Of a DNA stretch of 64,000 nucleotides, positions 10,483-19,717 are shown one piece after another. Origin of the DNA: Alphaproteobacteria bacterium (lineage in GTDB: Bacteria; Pseudomonadota; Alphaproteobacteria; MPNO01); contig CBDFLJ010000001.1 in assembly GCA_965248835.1 (NCBI GenBank), forward strand, positions 256,001 to 320,000. Direction: 5' to 3'. Made by a program: the position numbers and the translations under genes. A model generated the notes under the pieces. That model was given only the letters and a program-made list of their open reading frames with translations, had not been told where the DNA came from and made no database searches. How positions within the stretch are numbered: position 1 is the first letter of the stretch; the number at the start of each line of letters is the position of its first letter.

Positions 10483-11354
10483 CTAGTGACGATCTGATCA
10501 AAGGCGGTACGACAAGACTCACGCTCAAGGGCGAGGGCTCGCTGACGCGGGTCGACGTCGAGGGTAATGGCGCCGACATCAACGAGCTGACGGTGGATGC
10601 CAGCACGGTGCGGCTCGGCCTCGAGGGCAGCCATGCGCACAAACTCGCCTCGGGCGGCACGTTGACGCCCGCGGTCGAGCTTGGTCTTCGCCATGACGGC
10701 GGCGGCGGCGAGACCGGCGCCGGCGTCGAGCTCGGCGGCAGCCTCCGCTACCACGACCCGGCGAGCGGTCTTACCGTCGAGGGCCACAGCCGCACCGTGC
10801 TGGTCCATGGCGGCAACTACGAGGAATGGGGCATCGGCGGTCTGGTCCGGCTCGATCTGGGTGCTGCCCGCCGAGGTTTGTCTCTGAGCCTGCAACCGGC
10901 CTGGGGCGAGACCCAAAGCGGCGTGCAGCGGTTGTGGCAAGACGGCGTGACCGGCCGCCCGGCCAACGATAACCAGGCGCAAGGCCGCCTCGAGGGGCAA
11001 CTCGGCTATGGCTTCGGCGTGTTCGGCGGCCGGGGGGTGCTGACCCCCTATGGCGGCCTCTCGCTCGCCGGTGAAGGGGCTCGACGCTACACCCTGGGCG
11101 GCCGGCTTGACGTGGCGCCGTCGCTCAACCTGTCGGTCGAAGCCCGGCGCCGCGAGGCCGCCAATGACGATGCCCCCGATCACGGCGTCATACTGCGGGG
11201 CCAACGGCGCTTCTGACCGCCGCGGGCGACGTCGGTCGACAATCGTTACGCCGAGGCGGCCTTGGTCCTTCGCGCGCCGGCCTTCAGGATGGCGGCGATG
11301 CTCGAGGTTACCTGTTCCGCCGCCGCCTGCACCGGGTCGGCGGCGAGACGAGCG

Positions 11355-11746
11355 GTACGCATCCGGTGACGACCACGGTCGGCGTGGTTTTCAGATGAAG
11401 CCGGGATGATTTTTCGGTCAGACGGCGAGGTCTTGTTCGGCGGCCGCTTTCCAGTTCCAAGGGAGGAGTTCTTCGATGCGCGAGGCGGTGTGGTCGTTGA
11501 TCCGTCGGAGGACGTCTTCGAGCCAGGCTCGGGGATCGACGTCATTGAGTTGGGCGGTCTCGATCAGGGTGTAGACGGCGGCGGCGCGCTGGCCGCCGCG
11601 GTCGGACCCGGCGAAGGTCCAGTTGCGGCGCCCGATGGCGATGCCTCTGAGGGCGCGCTCGGCGGCATTGTTGGAGAGGCAGATACGGCCGTCGTCGATA
11701 AAGCGGGTGAAGCTGGGCCAGCGCTCGAGCATATAGTCCATGGCCT
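11355..11746 (-). pseudogene. IS66 TnpC C-terminal fragment with right end
   Basis: 'DDGRICLSNNAAERALRGIAIGRRNWTFAGSDRGG...LLPWNW'; GTACGCATCCGG terminus at 11355. Confidence 0.85.
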
Positions 11747-11772
11747 TAGGGTCTAGACCCATAAAAGAGCTT

Positions 11773-12798
11773 CCTGCTTATCCGAGACACTCCGCCTGAG
11801 GAGATGTATGTTCTCGATATGTTCTGTCTATGGAGGTCACGGCTATGGGGTTCCAGGTTGCATCGCGGGAGCGTGGTCTGAGCGACGAGGCGTTTCGCGA
11901 GGCCTTCGGCACCGAGGAGCAGTGGCGCTCGGCGCTGGTCCGGCTGCGCTGGCCGGACGGCTTCGTCTGCCCCTGCTGCGGCCATCGCGGGCATTGCGTG
12001 CTGGCCGGTCGGGGGCTCTATCAATGCAACCGGTGCAAGACGCAGACATCGCCCACGGCGGGCACGATCTTCCACGCGACCAAGCTGCCGCTGACACTGT
12101 GGTTCGCAGCCATCCACCTGATCGTGACGGCGAAGGACGGCATCTCGTCGGTGGAACTCGGCCGCCGTCTCGGGGTCAAGCAGCCGACGGCCTGGACCGT
12201 GAAGCACAAGATCATGGCGGTGATGGCGCGGCGCGAGGGGGAGACACGGCTTACGGGGCGGGTCGAGACGGACGACGCCTATCTTGGCGGGGCGCACTCC
12301 GGCGGCAAGCGGGGCCGCGGCGCGCCAGGCAAGACGCCCTTCGTGGCGGCGGTTTCAACCAGTTCCGAGGGGCGCCCGCGCAAGGTGAAGCTGGCGCCGG
12401 TCAAGGGTTTCCGCAAGCGCGAGATCGCGCGCGGCGCCAAGCACTGGCTGGCCCCTGGGACGGCGGTTGTGACGGACGGCCTGGGCTGTTGGAGCGCACT
12501 CGACGACGCCGCCTGCAGCCATCGGGCGATCCGCACCGGGTCCGGTCGACAGGCGGCCCGCATGGCGCCATTCAAATGGGTCAACACGACGCTCGGCAAC
12601 ATCAAGTGCGCGATCACCGGGACCTATCGCAAGCTCGGCCCCGACCATGCCGAACGCTACCTCGCCAGTTTCGCTTGGCGCTACAACCGGCGCTATCAAC
12701 TCCAGACGATGATCCCGCGTTTCGTCCATAGCGCCGCACGAACCGAGCCCATGCCCTATCGCTTGCTCATCGCCGGATGACTTTCACGGATAAGCAGG
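11773..12798 (+). mobile_element. IS1595-family element, transposase 11830 (or 11845)-12780
   Basis: Terminal IR CCTGCTTATCCG / CGGATAAGCAGG; zinc ribbon CPCC...CNRC, 'VETDDAYLGG', 'VVTDG', 'RYNRR'. Confidence 0.9.
11810..11824. promoter_or_regulatory. LexA (SOS) box GTTC-N7-GTTC inside the IS1595 left end
   Basis: GTTC TCGATAT GTTC, directly upstream of GGAGG (11832-11836) and the transposase start. Confidence 0.65.
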
Positions 12799-12803
12799 TA
12801 ACG

Positions 12804-14003
12804 TTATGGCGCGGAACCAGACGCGCCGTTCTTCCCCGACTCACCCTCCATCAGCGCGGTGATTGTTTCCCCGATCCGTTCCGCCGCCGTTTGAATCTCG
12901 CTGTCCCCTACATGGGCGTAGCGGAGCGTCATCCTCAGCTGCTTGTGGCCGAGCAGCCGCGCGACCACCGGGAGCGGGACGCCCTGCATGACGGCGTGGC
13001 TGGCGAATGTATGGCGGAGATCGTGCAGCCGGACATCCTCGATCCCGACTTTCTTCCTCACAGAATTCCACACCGTGAGATCGCCGCGACGAGGGTGCTG
13101 CGGATTGACCGGTGATGGAAACACATAGGCGCTTTCCTTGCGTGGTTGACGCCCGATGACGCCGCAGGCCTCTGTGTTCAGGAATACCCGCCTCGGCCCG
13201 GTCTTGCTGTCCTCGAGGTGGAGGGCATCGTCTTTCACTTCCCGCCACCGCAGGCCCATGATCTCCCCCTTTCGACACCCGGTCAGCAACAGCAGGCGGA
13301 TGATGTCCGCCTGCCGCCTCTGGGACAGCGACCCGACGGCATAGCCGCCGAGCACTTCATGCAGACGGCGGATCTCCCTCCGTGAGAGGAACCGTGTGAG
13401 CTTCGGGCGCGGGTTTCGCCTGACCCCGCGCGTCGGGTTGGCCGCGATGCAGCCTCGCTGGACCGCATGGTTCATGGTCTGGCGAAGGACATCCAACGCC
13501 CTGTTGGCACTGCCCGGCGCTGTCCGGCTGTAGCTGTCGAACCACCAGTTCACCTCGACACGGGTGATCCGGTCGAGGGCCAAGACCCCGAAAGCCGGCA
13601 GCAGCTGGTTGTTCAGGACGATGTCCGTTCGTCTTTGCGTCGATGCCTTGAAGCGAGCGTAACAGGCCGCCCTCCATGGACCGTTGACGAACGCCGCGAA
13701 CGTCAGGGCCTCGCAGGTTTGGCCTTCTGGCCTGGCGGTCGACGCCGAGACCTCGATCTTGAGACATTCCCGGCGGGCTTCCTCGACCGTCCTCAGGGAC
13801 GCCGGGCCCAGGGTGATCCTGCTCACCCGGCCATCGACCTTGCGATGGTAGACATAACCCCGATGCCCCGAGGGCCGGACCCGCACACCGAATCCGCCGA
13901 CCCGGCTGTCCCAGACGGTATATTCATTGGGCCTTGGCTTGAGCTTCGTGATCGCGGCGTCGGTCAGGCGCATCTTCCGCGCGCCTGCTTTCGCAGTCGC
14001 CAT
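12804..14003 (-). CDS. Tyrosine recombinase/integrase with N-terminal arm-binding domain (second of pair)
   Basis: 'VWDSRVGGFGVRVRPSG'; catalytic R (TGCRKGE), K (DSKTG), HxxR (LHDLRH), H (LLGH), Y (TLRYAH). Confidence 0.93.
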   Translation of the reverse strand: MATAKAGARKMRLTDAAITKLKPRPNEYTVWDSRVGGFGVRVRPSGHRGYVYHRKVDGRVSRITLGPASLRTVEEARRECLKIEVSASTARPEGQTCEALTFAAFVNGPWRAACYARFKASTQRRTDIVLNNQLLPAFGVLALDRITRVEVNWWFDSYSRTAPGSANRALDVLRQTMNHAVQRGCIAANPTRGVRRNPRPKLTRFLSRREIRRLHEVLGGYAVGSLSQRRQADIIRLLLLTGCRKGEIMGLRWREVKDDALHLEDSKTGPRRVFLNTEACGVIGRQPRKESAYVFPSPVNPQHPRRGDLTVWNSVRKKVGIEDVRLHDLRHTFASHAVMQGVPLPVVARLLGHKQLRMTLRYAHVGDSEIQTAAERIGETITALMEGESGKNGASGSAP

Positions 14004-14006
14004 CGC

Positions 14007-15131
14007 TCAGCCCTCGCCGAGAACAGAGCCCACGGTCTCAGCCGCCTCGCGGACCACCCCATCGGCAAGATGGGTGTATTTGAGGGTGGTCCCCGGATCG
14101 TTATGCCCGAGCAGCCTACCGATCGTCAGCACGGTCTCGCCGCGCATCAGGGCGATGCTGGCATAGGAATGACGGAGATCGTGCAGCCGGACATCGCATA
14201 ATCCCGCCTCCACCCGAACCCGCTGCCAGAAAGGGCCGATCGCCGAAGCGCTCAAGAACCCGTCCTTCCGGGGCGACGGGAACACCCAGCCCGTCCGGCG
14301 GGACAGCCGGTTCAGCACATCTTTGGCGGCGGACGACAGCCAGACCGTTCGCGGTCCGGTCTTGCTGTCGCGCAGAAACAGCTTACCCTCCCGGAAGCAT
14401 GACCATTCGAGTGTCAGAACTTCGCTCTTGCGGCACCCGGTCAACAGCAACAGCCGGATGAAGGACACGTGAAGAGGGTAGTCGGCTTCATGGCGGTCCA
14501 GAACCACAGCCAGTCTGCGCAACTCCGGCGCCGACAGAAACCGCTCCCGCCCCCGGCGCCGGTAGCGTCTGATGCCCTTGCAGGGATTGCTGTCCTCGGG
14601 CCGGTAGCCGTAGACCTCGGCCTGGCCCATGATCACGGACAGGATCGGGGCCGAACGGTCCGCCGCCGCAGGCGTTGCATGAAGGGCCGCGAACCATTCC
14701 TGCACGTCCTTTCCGGTGATTTCGGTGATCTGCATCCCCCTGAACCAGGGCAGGATCTGGTTCCGGTAATACTCCCAGTTGACCTTCACCGTTCGCGGCT
14801 TCCAGTTCCTCCCATAGCGTCGGAACACTTCCTCGGCGACGGCCTCGAAGACGGTCTCTTCCAGTATCGCGGGCGCGTGTTCACCATGCCGGATTGCCGC
14901 CAACAGCGCCGCCGCCCGGGAGCGGGCCTCCTCGACGCCTATGTCCTCTGCCTCGCCGATCATCTTCCAGACACGTCGGCCCCGGTACTGGCTGTGTATG
15001 AAGTAGCTCTTGCCGCCCGAGGGCAGCACCCGCACACCAAAGCCCTTCAGGGTCCGATCGCGGACATCGTAAGCGGACCGGCCGGGCTTGAGCCCCTGGA
15101 CTCGGGTCTGGTCGAGATGGATGCTCGGCAT
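14007..15131 (-). CDS. Tyrosine recombinase/integrase with N-terminal arm-binding domain (first of pair)
   Basis: 'DRTLKGFGVRVLPSG'; TGCRKSE, DSKTG, LHDLRH, LLGH, TLKYTH; AGGAGG RBS upstream. Confidence 0.93.
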   Translation of the reverse strand: MPSIHLDQTRVQGLKPGRSAYDVRDRTLKGFGVRVLPSGGKSYFIHSQYRGRRVWKMIGEAEDIGVEEARSRAAALLAAIRHGEHAPAILEETVFEAVAEEVFRRYGRNWKPRTVKVNWEYYRNQILPWFRGMQITEITGKDVQEWFAALHATPAAADRSAPILSVIMGQAEVYGYRPEDSNPCKGIRRYRRRGRERFLSAPELRRLAVVLDRHEADYPLHVSFIRLLLLTGCRKSEVLTLEWSCFREGKLFLRDSKTGPRTVWLSSAAKDVLNRLSRRTGWVFPSPRKDGFLSASAIGPFWQRVRVEAGLCDVRLHDLRHSYASIALMRGETVLTIGRLLGHNDPGTTLKYTHLADGVVREAAETVGSVLGEG

Positions 15132-15221
15132 CGTTCTTTCCTCCTGCGGACTGTTGCAGGCGGGGAAAAAGCGGCCATCGCTGTCGCCCGGATCTGCAAC
15201 TGCACGAGGAAAAAAGACACT

Positions 15222-16358
15222 CTACATCAATAGGATAGCACCGCAGGGTGCGGCGGCGGTGTAGGCCACGCGGATCCGGGCATGGAGCACGGGGATGTCG
15301 TAGACCCCGGTCTGGACCCGCGGTCCCAGGACCACGGGCACCATCGGCCCGATGCCGCCGGGATAGGCGCCGAGATTGGCGATCGTATCGACCTTGAGCG
15401 CGAGGAAGCGGCCGCGGGCGTCAAGCGCGAGCGCGGCGGTGCTCGAGTTGTCGCGGCCGTGCGGGTCGCTCACGAACCCCTCGGACCGCTCGCAGGTCCA
15501 TTTGACCGGTCGCCCGGTGCGGCGCGCGCACCAGGGGACGTAGAAGCATTCCGGGATCGGCGCGCCGCGGGTGCCGAAACCGCCGCCCATGTCGCGACAG
15601 ACCACCCGCACGGTTTCGCGCGGCAGGTTCATGATCTGCTCGGCCAGCATGGTCTTCGCGCGGTGGGGCATCTGGGTGGTCGCATGGACGGTAAAGCGGC
15701 CGGTCGCCGGATCGAAGGTGGCCGCCGCGCCGCGTGGCTCCATCGGGTTGATGATCACCCGGTTGTTGACCGCCTCGATCGTCACGACATGGGAAGCGGC
15801 CGCGAAAACTTCGTCCGTGGCGGCCTCATCGCCGTAGTCGACATCGGCGCACAGGTTGCCCTGCGCGCCTTCCCACACGATCGGCGCCCCGGGTTCGAGC
15901 GCGGCCGCCAGATCGACGACGGCCGGCAGCGGCTCGAACGCGACTTCGACCAGCGCCGCGGCGTCGCGCGCCTGCGGGTCGGTCTCGGCCACGACCAGGG
16001 CGATGGCTTCGCCGACATGGCGGACTCGATCCGACGCCAGCAGCGCGTTGTCGGGCATGAACAGCCCGGTGCCCTCACGATGGCGGTAGGCGCCGCCCTC
16101 GATGCCGAAGAAATCGATCGCCGGGCTGCCGAAGCCCTCCTCGCGCAGATCCTCCGCCGTCAGCACGGCCAGCACGCCCGGTGCGGCGCGGGCCGCATCG
16201 GTTGCCAACGACAGGACGCGCGCGTGGGCATGGGGCGAGCGGACCACCTGCAGCCACGCCGCGCCCGGCAGGTCGAGATCGCCGGTGTAGTTGCCCTGCC
16301 CGCGGACCAGGCGGCGGTCCTCCACCAGCAGGACGGACTGTCCGATCCCGAATTGCAT
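15222..16358 (-). pseudogene. Xanthine dehydrogenase/CoxL-family Mo-binding subunit, C-terminal half missing
   Basis: 'MQFGIGQS..EDRRLVRGQG', 'RSPHAHA', 'MEPRG', 'DMGGGFG'; about 380 aa versus about 770 for the paralog at 25170; stops at the expected YRGAG loop. Confidence 0.88.
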
Positions 16359-16399
16359 GCCCGACCTCCCCCGATCCGCGCCGTGACCCGGGCAGGCGC

Positions 16400-17329
16400 C
16401 TAGCCCGGCGCGTACTTGCCGCCTGTCTGGACGGTATGCGGGCCATCGCCGCCGGCCTCGGCATGCTGACGCCGGGTTATCCGCTCCCAGGTCCGCTTCA
16501 GATCGTCGCGCACCGTGATCGCGAGCCGGCCGATCCCTTCGATCTCGAGCTCGATCCGGTCGCCGTCCTGGAACGGGTGCAGGCCGCGGTGGTTGGTGCC
16601 GGTCGCCAGGATGTCGCCGACCTCCAGCGGGTGGATCGCGCTGATCCATTCGATGCAGCGGGTGATCGGGTGGGCCATGTCGTCGGTGTTGAAGTCCTGC
16701 ATCAGATCGCCGTTGTTCCACAGCCTGACCCGGAGCTTCTGAGGATCGGCAATCTCGTCGGCGGTCACGATCCACGGCCCGATCGGCGCGAAGGTCTCGC
16801 GCGACTTGACCTGGTAGAACGTGTTGCCGGACGGTGGCAGCCCACGCGCCGAACCGTCGATGAAGGCGGTGTAGCCGAAGATGTGGTCCATCGCATCTGC
16901 AGCGCCGACATGGCTGGCCCGCTTGCCGATGACCACCGCGAGTTCGGCCTCGCCCTCGAAGACGGTCGCCGGCGCATCGGGCAGGACCATCGTGTCGCCG
17001 TGGCCGATCACCGCGCCCGGTGATTTATGGAACGCGTTGATTTGCGCCGGCGCGTCGCGGGTCCCGTCTTCCATGTAGTTGACCGCCATGCAGTCGATGT
17101 TGCGCGGCCGCGGCAGGGGTGGGCGGATCCGCACGCTGTCCACGGGCACCCCTTCGCCCCGCGAAGCCGCCTCCAGGGCGGCACGATAGTCCTCGAACCG
17201 CGCGATCAGGCCGGCAATGACGTCGTGCGGGCCGAGCCGCGGGATATCGGCGACCACGTCGGAGACATCGACCACGCGGTCACCGACCAGGACGCCCAGG
17301 TTGAAGTCGTTGAAGAACAGGAGTTTCAT
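16400..17329 (-). CDS. Fumarylacetoacetate hydrolase family protein
   Basis: 'AVNY', 'FHKSP', 'EGEAELAVVIG', 'FIDGSAR', 'KSRETFAPIGP', 'GDILATGT'. Confidence 0.9.
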   Translation of the reverse strand: MKLLFFNDFNLGVLVGDRVVDVSDVVADIPRLGPHDVIAGLIARFEDYRAALEAASRGEGVPVDSVRIRPPLPRPRNIDCMAVNYMEDGTRDAPAQINAFHKSPGAVIGHGDTMVLPDAPATVFEGEAELAVVIGKRASHVGAADAMDHIFGYTAFIDGSARGLPPSGNTFYQVKSRETFAPIGPWIVTADEIADPQKLRVRLWNNGDLMQDFNTDDMAHPITRCIEWISAIHPLEVGDILATGTNHRGLHPFQDGDRIELEIEGIGRLAITVRDDLKRTWERITRRQHAEAGGDGPHTVQTGGKYAPG

Positions 17330-17342
17330 CGGTTTCCTCGCA

Positions 17343-17366
17343 CAGGATCAGGATCAGGATCAGGAT
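17343..17366. repeat. (CAGGAT)x4 hexamer microsatellite
   Basis: Four perfect copies overlapping the stop codon of the CMD-family gene. Confidence 0.8.
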
Positions 17367-17965
17367 ATCGGCAGGCTCGGCTGCTGGCCGGGCCGGAGCT
17401 GCATGTCGAAGGCGGTCAGCAGCGCCGCGGTCGCCGCATAAAGCCCCATCAGCGAGACCAGGTCCACCAGGTCGCGCGCACCGAAGGCCGCGAGCGCACG
17501 GGCGTAGGTCTGCGGCCCGACGCGCTTGTCCTCGAAGATTTCGCGGCCGAGCGTGATGACCGCGGCCTCCGTCTCGTCCAGCCCGTCGACCGGCCCGCGG
17601 TGGCGTACGATGTCGATGGTCTCGGCCGACAGGCCTTCCCGTTCCGCCGCACCTTCGTGCTGGACCCATTCGAACTGGCAGTCCTGGGCGCGCGCGACCA
17701 CCAGGATCGCAAGCTCTCGGATGCGCCCGGGCAGCGCCGTCTCCCAGCGGAGATAGCCGTTGAGCGGCTGGTTCAGCACTGCGAGCTGCGGGCTGTTGAG
17801 CCGGATGCCGCCGGGCCCGTTGAGCCCGACCAGAGACCGTCCCGACGGCGTCCGGAGCTGATCGAAGATCTCCGCCGCGGCCGCATCCAACGCCTCGCGC
17901 CGGGGCACGGGCAGTCGGCAGCCGGATTCGGGATCGATGTCGTCGGGGAGCCGGGTTCCGGTCAT
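17360..17965 (-). CDS. Carboxymuconolactone decarboxylase/AhpD-like family protein
   Basis: '[18 protein letters not shown]...A...GLS'; start taken at MTGTRLP after GAGAAGAG. Confidence 0.75.
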   Translation of the reverse strand: MTGTRLPDDIDPESGCRLPVPRREALDAAAAEIFDQLRTPSGRSLVGLNGPGGIRLNSPQLAVLNQPLNGYLRWETALPGRIRELAILVVARAQDCQFEWVQHEGAAEREGLSAETIDIVRHRGPVDGLDETEAAVITLGREIFEDKRVGPQTYARALAAFGARDLVDLVSLMGLYAATAALLTAFDMQLRPGQQPSLPIS

Positions 17966-18167
17966 CTCTTCGCGCCTCTTGTCGATTGCCCGCGCTGCCG
18001 TTCTTCGGCCGGGGCAGCGCAGACTAGGGTGGGAGCGGGCGAAATTCCAGTCGAGACGAAGCGTTGCAGCCGCACCGGCCGCCGGCACATTGCTTGCGAC
18101 CGGGAACCGACGAAGCCCGGAGCCGGTTCATGTTGCACCGGGCGCGGCGGGCCGGCACAGTGCGGCC

Positions 18168-18719
18168 ATGCCAAGGCCGATTCTTTCAGGCCCTTCGATC
18201 CGGGCGATCCCCGAAGGCGACACGCGCGAGCGCCTGATCTGCGGCGACTGCGGTTTCATCACCTACGACAACCCGAAGATCGTCGTCGGCTCGGTGGCGA
18301 CCTGGGACGGCCGGGTGCTGCTATGCCGCCGGGCGATCGAGCCGAGCCGCGGGCGCTGGACCTTGCCGGCCGGCTATCTGGAGCTCAACGAGACCACCGA
18401 GGCCGGCGCGGCGCGCGAGGCGATGGAAGAGGCCTGCGCGCGGATCGAGATCGAGGGGTTGCTCGCGGTCTATAACATCCCGCGGATCAGCCAGGTGCAG
18501 CTCATCTACCGCGCCCGGCTCGCCACGCCCGAAATCGCCGCCGGCGTGGAGAGCTTGGAGGTCGGCCTGTTCGATTGGGCCGATATTCCGAGCGATGAGA
18601 TCGCCTTCCCCTCGGTCCTATGGGCGCTCGGCCACTACCGCGAGTCATTGGCCGAGCCCGTCCCGCTGCCCCGCGGCAACCCGCCCGGCGGATTGCAAAA
18701 CGCGGGCGGCACCGGCTGA
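18168..18719 (+). CDS. Nudix hydrolase with N-terminal zinc-ribbon-like segment
   Basis: '[17 protein letters not shown]', Nudix box '[21 protein letters not shown]'. Confidence 0.9.
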   Translation: MPRPILSGPSIRAIPEGDTRERLICGDCGFITYDNPKIVVGSVATWDGRVLLCRRAIEPSRGRWTLPAGYLELNETTEAGAAREAMEEACARIEIEGLLAVYNIPRISQVQLIYRARLATPEIAAGVESLEVGLFDWADIPSDEIAFPSVLWALGHYRESLAEPVPLPRGNPPGGLQNAGGTG

Positions 18720-18722
18720 GCG

Positions 18723-19712
18723 ATGAACGAGACCGCCCTGTGGATCACCGAGGCCGACGTGACGGCGATGCTGTCCCTGCCCGAGGCGATCGATGCGCTG
18801 GAGCGCACGCTGCTGTTGGAGGCGGCCGGCGAGGCGGCCAATATGCCCAAGGCGCACCTGATGGTCGCGGCCAACGATGCGATGCATGCAATCGGCGGCG
18901 CGGTCGCCGGTGCGGGGATCTGCGGCACCAAGACCTGGGTCAACCTGCAGGGCAGGTCGCAGACCGTGCTGGTCCTGTTCTCGCTGGAGGACGGCAGGTT
19001 GCGCGCGGTGGTGGAGGCCACCGCGCTGGGCCAGATGCGCACCGCGGCGATGACCGGCGTCGGCACACGACGGCTTGCCCGACCGGACGCCGACGTTCTG
19101 GCGGTTATCGGCTCGGGCAAGCAGGCGCTGCCCAAGGTCGCCGCCTGCGCCGCGGTCCGCGGCCTTCGCCATGTCCGAGTGTTCAGCCGCAGGCGGGAGG
19201 CGCGCGAGGCCTTCGCCGAACGGACACGCCAAGAGCTCGACCTCGAGGTGAGCGCCTGCGCAAGCCTGGAAGAGGCCGTCGAGGGCGCATCGATCATCAC
19301 GCTGATCACCAACGCGACAGAGCCGTTCCTGGACGCCTCGATGGTCGCACCAGGGACGCATATCAACGCGATGGGCGCGATCGTGCCGGCACGAGTCGAG
19401 TTCGCGCAGGACATCTTTGCGCGATGCGCGATGATCGTGGTCGACACCATCGAGGGTGTACGCGCGCTTTCGGCGGAGTTCCGCCGGCGCTATGGCGAGG
19501 ACGACGCTGCCTGGTCGGACGTGCTGCCGATATCGCGGGTGATCGCCGAGGACGCACGCCGCCCGGAAGCCTGTGACCTGACCCTGTTCAAGGCCATGGG
19601 GATGGGTATTTCCGACCTCGCGCTGGGCATCGAGGTGCTTGCGCGGGCGCAGACGCAGGGCCGCGGCACGGCCCTGCCCGAGCGCGTGCGGGTGCCGCCG
19701 CGGCTGCGCTAG
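18723..19712 (+). CDS. Ornithine cyclodeaminase/mu-crystallin family imine reductase
   Basis: 'LGQMRTAA', 'IGSGKQA', 'GTHINAMGA', 'TLFKAMGMGISD'. Confidence 0.88.
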   Translation: MNETALWITEADVTAMLSLPEAIDALERTLLLEAAGEAANMPKAHLMVAANDAMHAIGGAVAGAGICGTKTWVNLQGRSQTVLVLFSLEDGRLRAVVEATALGQMRTAAMTGVGTRRLARPDADVLAVIGSGKQALPKVAACAAVRGLRHVRVFSRRREAREAFAERTRQELDLEVSACASLEEAVEGASIITLITNATEPFLDASMVAPGTHINAMGAIVPARVEFAQDIFARCAMIVVDTIEGVRALSAEFRRRYGEDDAAWSDVLPISRVIAEDARRPEACDLTLFKAMGMGISDLALGIEVLARAQTQGRGTALPERVRVPPRLR

Positions 19713-19717
19713 GCGCC

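Larger units (their letters stand above)
6744..11216 (+). pseudogene. Autotransporter beta-barrel gene split into 6744-6752, 8113-8870 and 10487-11216 by two IS insertions
   Basis: Removing both IS plus one TSD copy each gives a continuous frame; barrel motifs 'VWGRGDY', 'LWGTVGYGWG', 'ELGLRHDGG...ETGAGVELGG', C-terminal Phe. Confidence 0.82.

Noticed and set aside
12804-15131. Prophage, integron or RIT element
   Set aside because: No phage genes, no attC-like cassette array, and only two recombinases, both with arm-type N-termini.
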